From NCBI GenBank assembly GCA_910577845.1, contig CAJTNA010000007.1:2968-66967 (forward strand): 64,000 bases of DNA, read 5' to 3'. Shown in pieces: positions 20,291-29,485 of the stretch. A model generated the notes under the pieces. It did not search any database, was not told where the DNA came from, and saw nothing but the letters and a program-made list of their open reading frames with translations. Position numbers and translations under genes: made by a program. The first letter of the stretch is position 1. Each line of letters starts with the position of its first letter. The DNA comes from an uncultured Christensenella sp. GTDB taxonomy: Bacteria; Bacillota; Clostridia; Christensenellales; UBA3700.

Positions 20291-21226
20291 ATGGATATAA
20301 ATAGTTTATTAAATAAAAATTTGCAAGAGCTTTGCAGTATTGCTGATAAAGTGCGTAAGGATAATGTCGGTGATATTATTCATATTAGAGCGTTGTTGGA
20401 AATATCAAATATCTGTTATAGAAATTGTGCCTATTGTGGGTTAAATATTGCTAACAATCATCTTGAAAGATATGCTATGAATACAAACGAAATAGAAACT
20501 CTTGGTAAGCGTGCTTGTGATATTGGATATAAAACAATAGTTTTGCAGTCTGGTGAAAGTAAGCATTACAATATTAATGAGCTTGCAGATTGTGTGGTAA
20601 AGTTAAGTGAATATGGCTTGACTGTTACATTAAGTTTAGGCGAGCTTGATTATAAACAATTGCAACTACTAAAAAGTGCTGGTGCAAAAAGATATTTGTT
20701 GAAGTTTGAAACGGCAGATAAGACTTTATATGAAAAGTTGCATAATGGGTATACTCTTGATAACAGACTTGAATGTTTGCAAGCAATTAGAGAACTTGGG
20801 TATGAACTTGGTAGTGGCTTTTTGGTGGGACTTCCAAATGAAAATGACGAAAGTATTGTTAAAAATTTGCAATTAATACAAAAGTTAAGATGTGATATGG
20901 TTGGAATTGGTGTGTTTATTCCTCATAAGTATACACCGCTTGCAGATTTGCCTTGTGGAGATACAGAGCTTACAAAAAAATGTGTTGCGATAACTAGAAT
21001 TTTACTACCAAATTGCAATATTCCTATTACAACATCACTAGGTGAGTTTGGGGATAAGTATCAAATGTTTAATGGTGGTGCCAATGTTATTATGCAAAAC
21101 ATAACGCCACATAATCTTGCAAAAAATTATCAAATTTATCCAAAGAAATTAGAATTGATGGAGTTTGAAAGTGCAAGGAAACAGCTTGAAAGTGATATTG
21201 TTAAAATGTGTAAAAAGCCATTATAA
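20291..21226 (+). CDS. hydE: [FeFe]-hydrogenase maturase HydE (radical SAM)
   Basis: CYRNCAYC radical-SAM CxxxCxxC motif in a biotin-synthase-like fold, immediately upstream of hydG and hydF. ATG at 20291 is preferred over the TTG at 20279. Confidence 0.75.
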   Translation: MDINSLLNKNLQELCSIADKVRKDNVGDIIHIRALLEISNICYRNCAYCGLNIANNHLERYAMNTNEIETLGKRACDIGYKTIVLQSGESKHYNINELADCVVKLSEYGLTVTLSLGELDYKQLQLLKSAGAKRYLLKFETADKTLYEKLHNGYTLDNRLECLQAIRELGYELGSGFLVGLPNENDESIVKNLQLIQKLRCDMVGIGVFIPHKYTPLADLPCGDTELTKKCVAITRILLPNCNIPITTSLGEFGDKYQMFNGGANVIMQNITPHNLAKNYQIYPKKLELMEFESARKQLESDIVKMCKKPL

Positions 21227-21260
21227 GTTAATTTGAATATTATCAAATGAAGGAGTTGCT

Positions 21261-22676
21261 ATGTACAATACAAAAAGTAGCATTGCAGAAGAATTTATAG
21301 CTGATAGTGAAATTAAGGAAAGTCTTGAATTCGCAAATGCGAACGCACAAAACACACAATATTTGAATGATATTCTTGTTAAGGCAAGTAAATATGAAGG
21401 TCTAACACATCGTGAAGCAATAACGCTGTTAGAGTGTGAGGATAAGCAAATTATTAATAAAGTATTTAAACTAGCAAAGGAAATTAAACAGAAATTCTAT
21501 GGTAATAGGATTGTTATGTTCGCACCTTTGTATTTGTCTAATTACTGCGTAAATAGTTGCTTATATTGTCCATATCATATAAAAAACAAATGCATACCAC
21601 GTAAAAAATTGCAAGGCGAAAGTTTGGAAAGAGAGGTAATTGCTCTGCAAAATATGGGACATAAAAGACTTGCCATTGAAGCAGGGGAACACCCTACTAT
21701 TAATCCGATTGAGTATATATTAGATTGTATTAATACTATTTATTCAATTAATCATAAAAATGGTGCAATTAGGCGAGTTAATGTAAATATAGCTGCCACA
21801 AGTGTTGAAAACTATAGAAAACTTAAAGATGCTAAAATTGGAACATATATTTTGTTTCAAGAAACTTATCATAAAGAAAATTATAAAAGATTGCACCCTC
21901 ACGGACCTAAAAGTGATTATGCTTATCATACTGAGGCAATGGATAGAGCTATGACAGGTGGTATTGATGATGTGGGGATAGGTGTATTGTTTGGACTAGA
22001 TAATTACAAGTATGATTTTGTTGGTTTACTTATGCATAAGGAGCATTTGGAAGCTAGCTTTGGTGTTGGACCGCATACCATTAGTTTGCCACGTATCCGC
22101 CCCGCAGATGATATTGACACAAATGATTTTGATAATGGATTAAGTGACGATATGTTTGAAAAGTTAGTAGCAGTGCTTAGAATTGCAGTTCCATATACTG
22201 GTTTGATTATATCTACTAGAGAGGATATAAAAGTTCGTGAAAGATTATTAAAAGTAGGTGTTACGCAACTAAGTGGCGGTTCAAAAACAAGTGTTGGTGG
22301 ATATTCTGAAAATGAGGAATGTGGAGATAGCAGTCAATTTGAAATTGCGGACAACAGAACCCTTGATGAGGTAGTTTGTTGGTTGCTTAAGCTTGGATAT
22401 ATCCCTAGTTTTTGCACTGCTTGTTACAGAGAGGGGCGTACTGGTGATAGATTTATGCGACTTGTTAAAAGTGGTGCGATTGCAAATGTTTGTCAACCAA
22501 ATGCTTTGCTTACACTGGCTGAGTACTTATATGACTATGCAAGTGAGCAAACAAAAGAAGTTGGCTTTGGAAAGATTGAAAATGAAATACATAACATTTC
22601 AAGTGATAAAGTTAAAGATATTGTAAGAGCTAATTTAAAAAGTATTGAAATTGGCTCAAGGGACTTTAGATTGTAA
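21261..22676 (+). CDS. hydG: [FeFe]-hydrogenase maturase HydG (radical SAM tyrosine lyase)
   Basis: N-terminal CVNSCLYC cluster motif plus the C-terminal CTAC-x22-C auxiliary cluster motif. 471 aa. Confidence 0.9.
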   Translation: MYNTKSSIAEEFIADSEIKESLEFANANAQNTQYLNDILVKASKYEGLTHREAITLLECEDKQIINKVFKLAKEIKQKFYGNRIVMFAPLYLSNYCVNSCLYCPYHIKNKCIPRKKLQGESLEREVIALQNMGHKRLAIEAGEHPTINPIEYILDCINTIYSINHKNGAIRRVNVNIAATSVENYRKLKDAKIGTYILFQETYHKENYKRLHPHGPKSDYAYHTEAMDRAMTGGIDDVGIGVLFGLDNYKYDFVGLLMHKEHLEASFGVGPHTISLPRIRPADDIDTNDFDNGLSDDMFEKLVAVLRIAVPYTGLIISTREDIKVRERLLKVGVTQLSGGSKTSVGGYSENEECGDSSQFEIADNRTLDEVVCWLLKLGYIPSFCTACYREGRTGDRFMRLVKSGAIANVCQPNALLTLAEYLYDYASEQTKEVGFGKIENEIHNISSDKVKDIVRANLKSIEIGSRDFRL

Positions 22677-22717
22677 TTAGCCCCGATTTTTGATAGGTAA
22701 TTTGGTGAATTTGTGTT

Positions 22718-23848
22718 ATGAATAAAATTGTTATTGGTGTTTTTGGTAAGATAAATAGTGGTAAATCTACTTTAGTCAATAGCTTGGCTAGGGAAAATAT
22801 TTCTATTGTGTCAAATGTAAAAGGTTCAACATCTGATAGCATTTTTAAAATGACGGAAATTAAAGGTATTGGTAAAGTTCAACTTGTAGACACTGCTGGC
22901 TTTGACGATAATAGCGAACTTGCAAACGAACGGCTTTTCAAAGTCAATCAAGTTTTTGACATTTGTGATATTGCTATACTTGTATGTGGTAAGATTGTTG
23001 ATGATATAGAACAAGCTTGGATAAATAAATGTGAAAGCAGTGGTAAAAAATTCATTATATGTCATAATATTTTTGATTGTGATAGTGTAGCATATAATGA
23101 AAATGAATTTGTTGTTAATGTAGCCGATTTATCACATATTGATTTTTTGGTTGATAAAATAAAAAATATTGTGGGAGTTATATCAAGTAATTTACTTGAT
23201 GGTTTGATAAAAAATGGTCAAACAATTTTATTATGTGTTCCACAAGATGAGGAAGCCCCAACAGATAGATTGATTTTGCCACAATCTGTTGTTATTAAGG
23301 AAATTATTCAAAAAGGCAGTACTGCAATAGCAACAGATAATGATAATTTTGCTGATGCATTTGTTAAGTACAAAGATGATTTAAGTCTAGTAATAACTGA
23401 TTCCAGCGTTTTTGAAATGGTTTATAGCATTGTTGGACATTGCATACCAATAACTAGTTTTTCAGTTTTGTTTGCAAAGCGAAATGGTGACATTAAAACT
23501 TTTGTTAATGGTGCTAATAGTTTGGAAAAGTTACAAAATGGTGATAAAGTACTTATTATGGAAGCTTGTAGTCATACTTTGTCACATAAAGATATAGGAA
23601 GTGTGTTAATCCCTAATTTAATAAAAAAGTATACTGGAAAGGAAATTATTTTTGAAATTTTAAGAGGTAAGGACGTACCTGTAAATTGGAATGATTATAA
23701 ATTGGTTGTTCATTGTGGCGGTTGCGTGCAAAATAGGGAATTTATGATGTCCCGCATTAATAGCAGTAAAAAATACAAAGTGCCAATTACTAATTATGGA
23801 ATCCTCATTGCAAAAATTAATGGCATTTTGGACAAAATCGTTTATTGA
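22718..23848 (+). CDS. hydF: [FeFe]-hydrogenase maturase GTPase HydF
   Basis: GKINSGKST P-loop, DTAG, and C-terminal CSH...HCGGC FeS ligands. Confidence 0.85.
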   Translation: MNKIVIGVFGKINSGKSTLVNSLARENISIVSNVKGSTSDSIFKMTEIKGIGKVQLVDTAGFDDNSELANERLFKVNQVFDICDIAILVCGKIVDDIEQAWINKCESSGKKFIICHNIFDCDSVAYNENEFVVNVADLSHIDFLVDKIKNIVGVISSNLLDGLIKNGQTILLCVPQDEEAPTDRLILPQSVVIKEIIQKGSTAIATDNDNFADAFVKYKDDLSLVITDSSVFEMVYSIVGHCIPITSFSVLFAKRNGDIKTFVNGANSLEKLQNGDKVLIMEACSHTLSHKDIGSVLIPNLIKKYTGKEIIFEILRGKDVPVNWNDYKLVVHCGGCVQNREFMMSRINSSKKYKVPITNYGILIAKINGILDKIVY

Positions 23849-23894
23849 TTTTTGCATTGTAGCATTTATATTTTTTATATAAATATCCATTCTA

Positions 23895-23923
23895 CCCACA
23901 AAATTTTATTTGTGGGAATTTTT
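23895..23923 (+). terminator. Rho-independent terminator after hydF
   Basis: cccacaaa / tttgtggg 8-bp stem with a 6-nt loop, followed by aattttt. Confidence 0.6.
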
Positions 23924-24194
23924 ATATATAGTGCTAAGATTTTTAGTGGCTGGTACAAAACAAAAAGCAATACTATTTTATACTTTTAATAAGAAAATAT
24001 TTGTAACTCAATTCTATTGCAAAATTAATAAAAAAATAACAATAAACAAATTTTTTTTGTTAAATTTTACTTTATTCGCAATTTTTAGAATTTTTCTAAA
24101 ATTTAATTCTTACTATGTAAGGTTGACTATTTTATTAAAATAAGTTATAATGATAAAGTTATAATTAACGATTATATATAATAAGGAGAATATT

Positions 24195-25970
24195 ATGGCA
24201 AATATAAATAACAATGGTGAGCAAAATAATCGTGGTCATCGCAAAGTTATTAACCCTCTTGAGGGGATTTTTGGCAAGTTGTCAAAAATGAAATTTCAAA
24301 CAGCAATGATTATTTTAGGCGTATTCACTGCCTTTTTAATATTTTGGCAAATTTATTTTAGTTTGATATCTTTTTCAATTTACAATATTGGACTTAGAGC
24401 GTTTATTATAATTTTGCTTTTATTATGGTCTATTCCTTTTGCAGTGTTCTTTATGCGTAACACTAAAAACGGATATACTAAAAAAGATGCGTTTATGAAA
24501 GTTCATTGGGGTTGGAAAATTCCAGCTGGGATTGCTCTTGTTTTAACTCTTGTATGCATTTGTATGGCAATTTTCACTACGCCAATGTTTATGGCTAAGT
24601 CATATAATCAAATGATTAGTGTGGAAACAAAGTCGGGTACTGCTGAAGAACCTTTTAAAGAATTTACTGAAGAAGTTGATGACTTTTATGACGGCGATAT
24701 GAAAGTTGCAATTATTGATAAATATTTTGCAGATTTACTTGGTGAGAAAGTTTTAGGTACTAGCAGTGGTGGTTATGCCAGTCAGTTTGAGGTTAATGAC
24801 TATACTTTAATCAACTACAAAAATAGTTTGTACTGGGTTGGTGCATTAGAGCCTAAAGGCTTTTTCCAATGGACATCTTCTGCAAAAGAGGGTGGTTCAC
24901 CAGGGTATGTTTTGGTTGATGCTACACAAGCAGAATCTAATGCAAGGGCGGACCTTATAACTACTCATAAATTAAAGTACACTCCAGGTGCTTATTTATG
25001 GCACGATGCGGAAAGAAAAATGTATTTTTCAAATATGGGTGCTTTGCGTGAGAATGAACTTGGCTTTGAGCTAGATGATGATGGTGTTCCATATTACACT
25101 CAAGTAATTTATAAAAAGAAATTTGGTATTACAAGTGGTGATGAGGCAACTGGTTTGCTTGTTATGAATGCTACAACTGGTGAGTGCAAAAGCTATGCTT
25201 TAGATAAAGTACCAGAATGGATTGATAATGTGCAATCACACAATATGATACTTAAACAATTAAATTATTGGGGTGAGTATTCAAAAGGATACTTTAATAC
25301 TTGGTTCGCAAAAGAGGAAGTTAATAATACTACTGCTGGTTACAACTATGTTTACAATAATGATAGATTTTATATCACAACTGGTATAACTGCAAAGTCT
25401 GGTGATAATGCTATTGTTGGTATGGTATTGTCAGACTTAAGAACTAAGAAAACTACAATGTATAATATGGTTGGTGCGACAGAGCAAGCTGCAATGAAAT
25501 CTGCTCAAGGTATTCAAGAGGTAGCAGCAGCTGGTTATAAGGCATCGTTCCCAGCATTAATAAATTTCCAAGGTGTACCTACTTTCTATATGGCTCTAAA
25601 GGATTCTGCAGGTAATATAAAAATGTATGCTTTTGTTAATGTACAAGACTATACTAGTAAACTTGCAGCGGGCAATACTCCAGATGAGGCAAAAGCAAAA
25701 TATGCTGAAACTATTAAAGGTGATATAATTGATAAGCCAGTTGTTCCAAGTGGTGAAGAAAAGATTGGTACTTATATAAGAGAATTGGAATATGATGGTA
25801 CAACATCTATGTATATTAAAGTTGAGGATAAATACTATATCGTATCAGCTAAAATTGCTGGAGCTGAAAAATGGTTGAGTGTGAAAATGCAAGAAGGTGA
25901 CAATGTTAAAGTTAGAATTAATAATGGCAGAGTAACTGAAGTATTGGATGTAAAATTTGCAATTAGCTGA
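24195..25970 (+). CDS. Uncharacterised membrane protein (N-terminal TM bundle plus large extracytoplasmic domain)
   Basis: Strong RBS (AAGGAG). About 3-4 hydrophobic helices lie in the first 135 aa, followed by roughly 450 aa of soluble domain. I recognise no family. Confidence 0.5.
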   Translation: MANINNNGEQNNRGHRKVINPLEGIFGKLSKMKFQTAMIILGVFTAFLIFWQIYFSLISFSIYNIGLRAFIIILLLLWSIPFAVFFMRNTKNGYTKKDAFMKVHWGWKIPAGIALVLTLVCICMAIFTTPMFMAKSYNQMISVETKSGTAEEPFKEFTEEVDDFYDGDMKVAIIDKYFADLLGEKVLGTSSGGYASQFEVNDYTLINYKNSLYWVGALEPKGFFQWTSSAKEGGSPGYVLVDATQAESNARADLITTHKLKYTPGAYLWHDAERKMYFSNMGALRENELGFELDDDGVPYYTQVIYKKKFGITSGDEATGLLVMNATTGECKSYALDKVPEWIDNVQSHNMILKQLNYWGEYSKGYFNTWFAKEEVNNTTAGYNYVYNNDRFYITTGITAKSGDNAIVGMVLSDLRTKKTTMYNMVGATEQAAMKSAQGIQEVAAAGYKASFPALINFQGVPTFYMALKDSAGNIKMYAFVNVQDYTSKLAAGNTPDEAKAKYAETIKGDIIDKPVVPSGEEKIGTYIRELEYDGTTSMYIKVEDKYYIVSAKIAGAEKWLSVKMQEGDNVKVRINNGRVTEVLDVKFAIS

Positions 25971-26257
25971 CATTATATCAAAGTTAATAAAAACTTGCAT
26001 TTAATATTGGAAATTCTTTAGTTTTTTTAATAAAAGTTGTTTTGTTGGAGCTTTTATAAGCGTACGTAAAACTTTTTGCAACAACTGAACTTACTGAAAG
26101 CAAAAATACTCGCATTGTTGTTGTTTTGTGATAATAATTTAAAATATTATTAAATTAAAATTTATACTTTATATTTTTCATTTGTGATATTGTTGAAAAT
26201 TGGTTTTAGAAAACAAGTCAGTTTTTGGCTTAAACAGAATAAAAATAATAGTTTACA

Positions 26258-26299
26258 TCAACACCCTAAAAGTAAAAAGTTTGGGGTGTTGAGTTTTTT
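26258..26299 (+). terminator. Terminator-like hairpin
   Basis: tcaacaccc / gggtgttga 9-bp stem followed by a T6 run. The 17-nt loop is long, which lowers confidence. Confidence 0.45.
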
Positions 26300-26333
26300 G
26301 TAAAGTCATAAATATGCAAAAAGTCGAATTTTT

Positions 26334-26365
26334 AAAAATACCCACCGAAAATCGGGGGTATTTTT
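26334..26365. terminator. Bidirectional rho-independent terminator
   Basis: aaaaataccc / gggtattttt perfect outer stem plus an inner ccg/cgg stem. It has an A-run 5' and a T-run 3'. Confidence 0.7.
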
Positions 26366-26397
26366 GAGTTAATTAGCTAAATTTTGTAAATTAAGGG

Positions 26398-26426
26398 TAC
26401 ATAGAATACATATATCTATGTACATA
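26398..26426. repeat. Left arm of 29-bp perfect inverted repeat (candidate inverton IR-L)
   Basis: tacatagaatacatatatctatgtacata is the exact reverse complement of 26545-26573. The arm is also internally palindromic (gtacatag...ctatgtac). Confidence 0.9.
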
Positions 26427-26436
26427 TTATATGAAT

Positions 26437-26466
26437 ATTATCTTATTAAATATATACATTTGTCAA
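26437..26466 (-). promoter_or_regulatory. Sigma-70-like promoter inside the IR-flanked segment, pointing away from the surface protein gene
   Basis: The minus strand reads TTGACA, an 18-nt spacer, then GATAAT. I saw no comparable + strand promoter between the upstream terminators and the ATG. Confidence 0.55.
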
Positions 26467-26544
26467 GTATAAGATAAACAATTTGTAAAATGATAACATT
26501 AAATTAACTTTAGCTTTACAAAAACATAGCCGAATAGCCTATTT

Positions 26545-26573
26545 TATGTACATAGATATATGTATTCTATGTA
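26545..26573. repeat. Right arm of 29-bp perfect inverted repeat (candidate inverton IR-R)
   Basis: tatgtacatagatatatgtattctatgta. It ends 23 nt upstream of the ATG at 26597 and 9 nt upstream of the AGGAGG RBS. Confidence 0.9.
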
Positions 26574-26596
26574 TCTAAAAATAGGAGGTTTTTGCT

Positions 26597-29485
26597 ATGG
26601 AAACTAGTATAAAAAAGGTTGGAATTATAATCTCAATTTTAGCCGTAATTATTCTCGCTTTGGTAGGATGTTTTTGTGTTGCAAAGGTGAGTAATAACGA
26701 TAGTAGTTCTAATCTTAATAGTGGTAATCTTATGACCACTGCGGATGGTGAATTTGAATTGAGTGGTGATTGTGACTCAATTGCAACTGGTTGGAATAGT
26801 GCTGTTCAACTATCTGTTGATAGTGGTAAAAATGTAAAAGTTATTTTGAATGCTAATTGGATAGCAAAGAGTGATAGTGTTTATACAACATCTTTTGGAG
26901 AAGGAGTTGGTTTTAGCTCTGGGCAAATCTTTGTGCCTAACAATGCAAATATTACACTTGATTTAAATAAAAATATAATAGACAGAGGCTTATCTAAAAT
27001 AGATATGAGTGCGTGGATAACTAATGGTAGTGTAATAAAAGTTTTTGGGAATTTATCAGTGGTAGATAGTTCATTTAATGCAGAACAAGTGGAAAGAATA
27101 TTTGAAAGTCACAATGATAAAGAAACTTTGGTTGAAGAATTGGATAATTTGGAATGTGGCAAAATTATGGGTGGTGCTCAACTAAATTATGGTGGTGGCA
27201 TATATGTTGCTGATAAAGCCGAATTGAATTTTTATGGTGGTATGGTATGCCATAATAGAGCCACTAGAGGTGGGGCAACTGCTTTGATTGGACATTCTAT
27301 ACTTAATATTTATAATGGCTTGTTTTTATCAAATGCAGCTCAGATTGATGGCGGTGTTGGTTATTGGGATGGATATGTATTAATAAATGGAGGTTATTTT
27401 ATCAATAATATATCTACTCACGGTGGTGTTGTATATGCTCACGGCGGTAATTGTGAGATTATTATTAATGACGCAATTATTGCTCATAATAGTGCTAGCA
27501 ATAGTGGCGGTGGAATGTTTTTATACTATGGTGGCAGAATAACAATGAATCGTGGTTTAATTGCAAATAACGCTTCTAATTGGGGTGGTGGAGTATGTGT
27601 CTCCTCAAGTGGTTGTATTTTTACAATGAATGGTGGTGAAATTAGTGAAAACAATGCTATTTACGGCGGTGGTATAGGAATTTATGATTCAAAAGGACTT
27701 GCAACAATAACTTTAAATGGTGGTTCAATACATAACAATACTGCCGCTAATCAAGGTGCAGGAATATCATCTCACACTGGACGCATTACGACTTTTCAAA
27801 TTAATGGTACCGTGCAGATTTATGATAATAAGCAAGTAAATGGTGCAACAGAAAGAGTTTCAGATGTTTATTTGATAAGATATCAACTAATTGAGGTTAG
27901 AGGAACTTTATCAAGCACAAGTAAAATGGCTTATGTAGGAGTTGATTTAGCTACAAATTATGACGATGTTCCATTTACAACTGGTTATGTTAATTATAAT
28001 AGTTTAGCTCCTGCAAAACATTTCTTTTCAAATAATATAGAAAATAATAAAGTTTATCCTATTGTTTTAAGTAATGGAGAAGCAAAATTAGATAAATCTG
28101 CTACAAGCGTTGAAAAACCTAATGCTTGTAAATGGGTTGTTACACCTCAAGGCGGTGTTGCGAAGGAAATTACTGAACCAAACTATGAAGTAGAATATAA
28201 TGGCAAGCCATTTACAATTACCAATAGTGCTGGACAATTTTATGTAGGTGGCACAACAAGTGCAATTAGTAGCTCAACTAATGCAAAAGATGCTGGAAAT
28301 TATGCATTTTATACAAATGCAAATGTATCTAACCCTTCATTTATATTAACTATAAGACAAAAAAGCGTAGATATTGATTGGGAAAATACAAATTTGACTT
28401 ACAACGGAAGTAATCAAATGCCTATTGCAAAAGTCAAAGCTAGTGATTTGGCTGTTGGTGATGAGTGTGATGTTGTCGTTTCTGGCGGTCAGACTATGGC
28501 AGGTAGTTATATTGCTACAGCTACAAGCTTAAGTAATGAAAATTATAAGTTTAAAACGACAATAAATCAGTATGTAAATTATACAATTGCAAAAGCTGAC
28601 TTAACAATAAATATAGTGACAAAAGATATAGAAAAAGAATACAATGGTAAAATAATTGATATTGGAAAAGATTGGTACACTTTATCAGCAGATTTGTTAG
28701 GCGTAGATAGTGGAAAAGAAATAGACAAACTATTTAACATTGATACAAAAGCCTTTGTGCCACAATTTAATGGTAATGAAAGTGCGGTTGAAGTTGGCGA
28801 ATATACAATATCTACAAAACCATTTACAGTAAGTGAAGTATTTAAAGATAATTTTAATTACAATGTAAATATAAATTATGTAAACACTGGCAAATTAACA
28901 ATAACAAATCCGTCAGTGATAAGACCAACAGATAATAGTGGATATGACTTTATGATGTTACAAAACAATAAGAGAGTATCTTACAAGGAAAAGGAACTTA
29001 TCCACGGAGACAATGATAGTGAGTATACAAACTTTGTATTAGGTAATATTGCTCCAAATACAAGTGTACAAACATTGCTAAACAATTTGGTGTTTAGTGA
29101 TATGTCACAAGTTCAAATCTATAATGGAGCAAATGAAGTAGTATATGGAGAAAATGCAAAAGCATTCTATACAGCAAATATAGATAATGGAACAGAATTA
29201 GCAGTAGGAACAGGTTGGTATATAAGATATGAAAAATTAACTGGAGGAGAGGAAACAATCTACCTATCAGTATTAGGTGATTTGACTGGAGATGGTAAGG
29301 TAAACTCAGCAGATGTAAACCGCTTAAGACAAATGGTAAACAACAGCGAAGTATACACAAACTCAAATGAGGTAGTAAAACTAAGTAGTTTAATCATAAA
29401 CAATGGCAAAACACCAACAAATGCAGATGCAGAAATAGTATGGAATGTAGTTTGCGGAAAGATAGATATTGCAGATTTTATTTAA
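26597..29485 (+). CDS. Large cell-surface protein: N-terminal signal/anchor, Pmp-like parallel beta-helix repeats, MBG-like modules, C-terminal dockerin-like module
   Basis: Hydrophobic N-terminus. About 10 tandem Gly/Asn-rich repeats of roughly 23-25 aa (GGGIYV, GGATAL, GGGMFL, GGGVCV, GGGIGI) lie at about nt 27164-27827. Repeats of the (Y)NGK...NYxF...YTIxKADLTI type lie at about 28157-28700. GDLTGDGKVNSADVNRLRQMV begins at nt 29276. Confidence 0.75.
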   Translation: METSIKKVGIIISILAVIILALVGCFCVAKVSNNDSSSNLNSGNLMTTADGEFELSGDCDSIATGWNSAVQLSVDSGKNVKVILNANWIAKSDSVYTTSFGEGVGFSSGQIFVPNNANITLDLNKNIIDRGLSKIDMSAWITNGSVIKVFGNLSVVDSSFNAEQVERIFESHNDKETLVEELDNLECGKIMGGAQLNYGGGIYVADKAELNFYGGMVCHNRATRGGATALIGHSILNIYNGLFLSNAAQIDGGVGYWDGYVLINGGYFINNISTHGGVVYAHGGNCEIIINDAIIAHNSASNSGGGMFLYYGGRITMNRGLIANNASNWGGGVCVSSSGCIFTMNGGEISENNAIYGGGIGIYDSKGLATITLNGGSIHNNTAANQGAGISSHTGRITTFQINGTVQIYDNKQVNGATERVSDVYLIRYQLIEVRGTLSSTSKMAYVGVDLATNYDDVPFTTGYVNYNSLAPAKHFFSNNIENNKVYPIVLSNGEAKLDKSATSVEKPNACKWVVTPQGGVAKEITEPNYEVEYNGKPFTITNSAGQFYVGGTTSAISSSTNAKDAGNYAFYTNANVSNPSFILTIRQKSVDIDWENTNLTYNGSNQMPIAKVKASDLAVGDECDVVVSGGQTMAGSYIATATSLSNENYKFKTTINQYVNYTIAKADLTINIVTKDIEKEYNGKIIDIGKDWYTLSADLLGVDSGKEIDKLFNIDTKAFVPQFNGNESAVEVGEYTISTKPFTVSEVFKDNFNYNVNINYVNTGKLTITNPSVIRPTDNSGYDFMMLQNNKRVSYKEKELIHGDNDSEYTNFVLGNIAPNTSVQTLLNNLVFSDMSQVQIYNGANEVVYGENAKAFYTANIDNGTELAVGTGWYIRYEKLTGGEETIYLSVLGDLTGDGKVNSADVNRLRQMVNNSEVYTNSNEVVKLSSLIINNGKTPTNADAEIVWNVVCGKIDIADFI

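Noticed and set aside
23910-24143. A 77-aa + strand ORF in the hydF-to-membrane-protein spacer.
   Set aside because: It uses an alternative start and has no RBS. It is Phe/Ile/Lys/Asn-rich, as expected from translating AT-rich non-coding DNA, and it begins inside the hydF terminator hairpin.
29276-29482. The dockerin module as evidence of a cellulosome.
   Set aside because: There is no cohesin, scaffoldin or glycoside hydrolase in the window. The carrier protein looks like an adhesin, and the second calcium-binding repeat is degenerate. Surface anchoring is more plausible than cellulosome membership.
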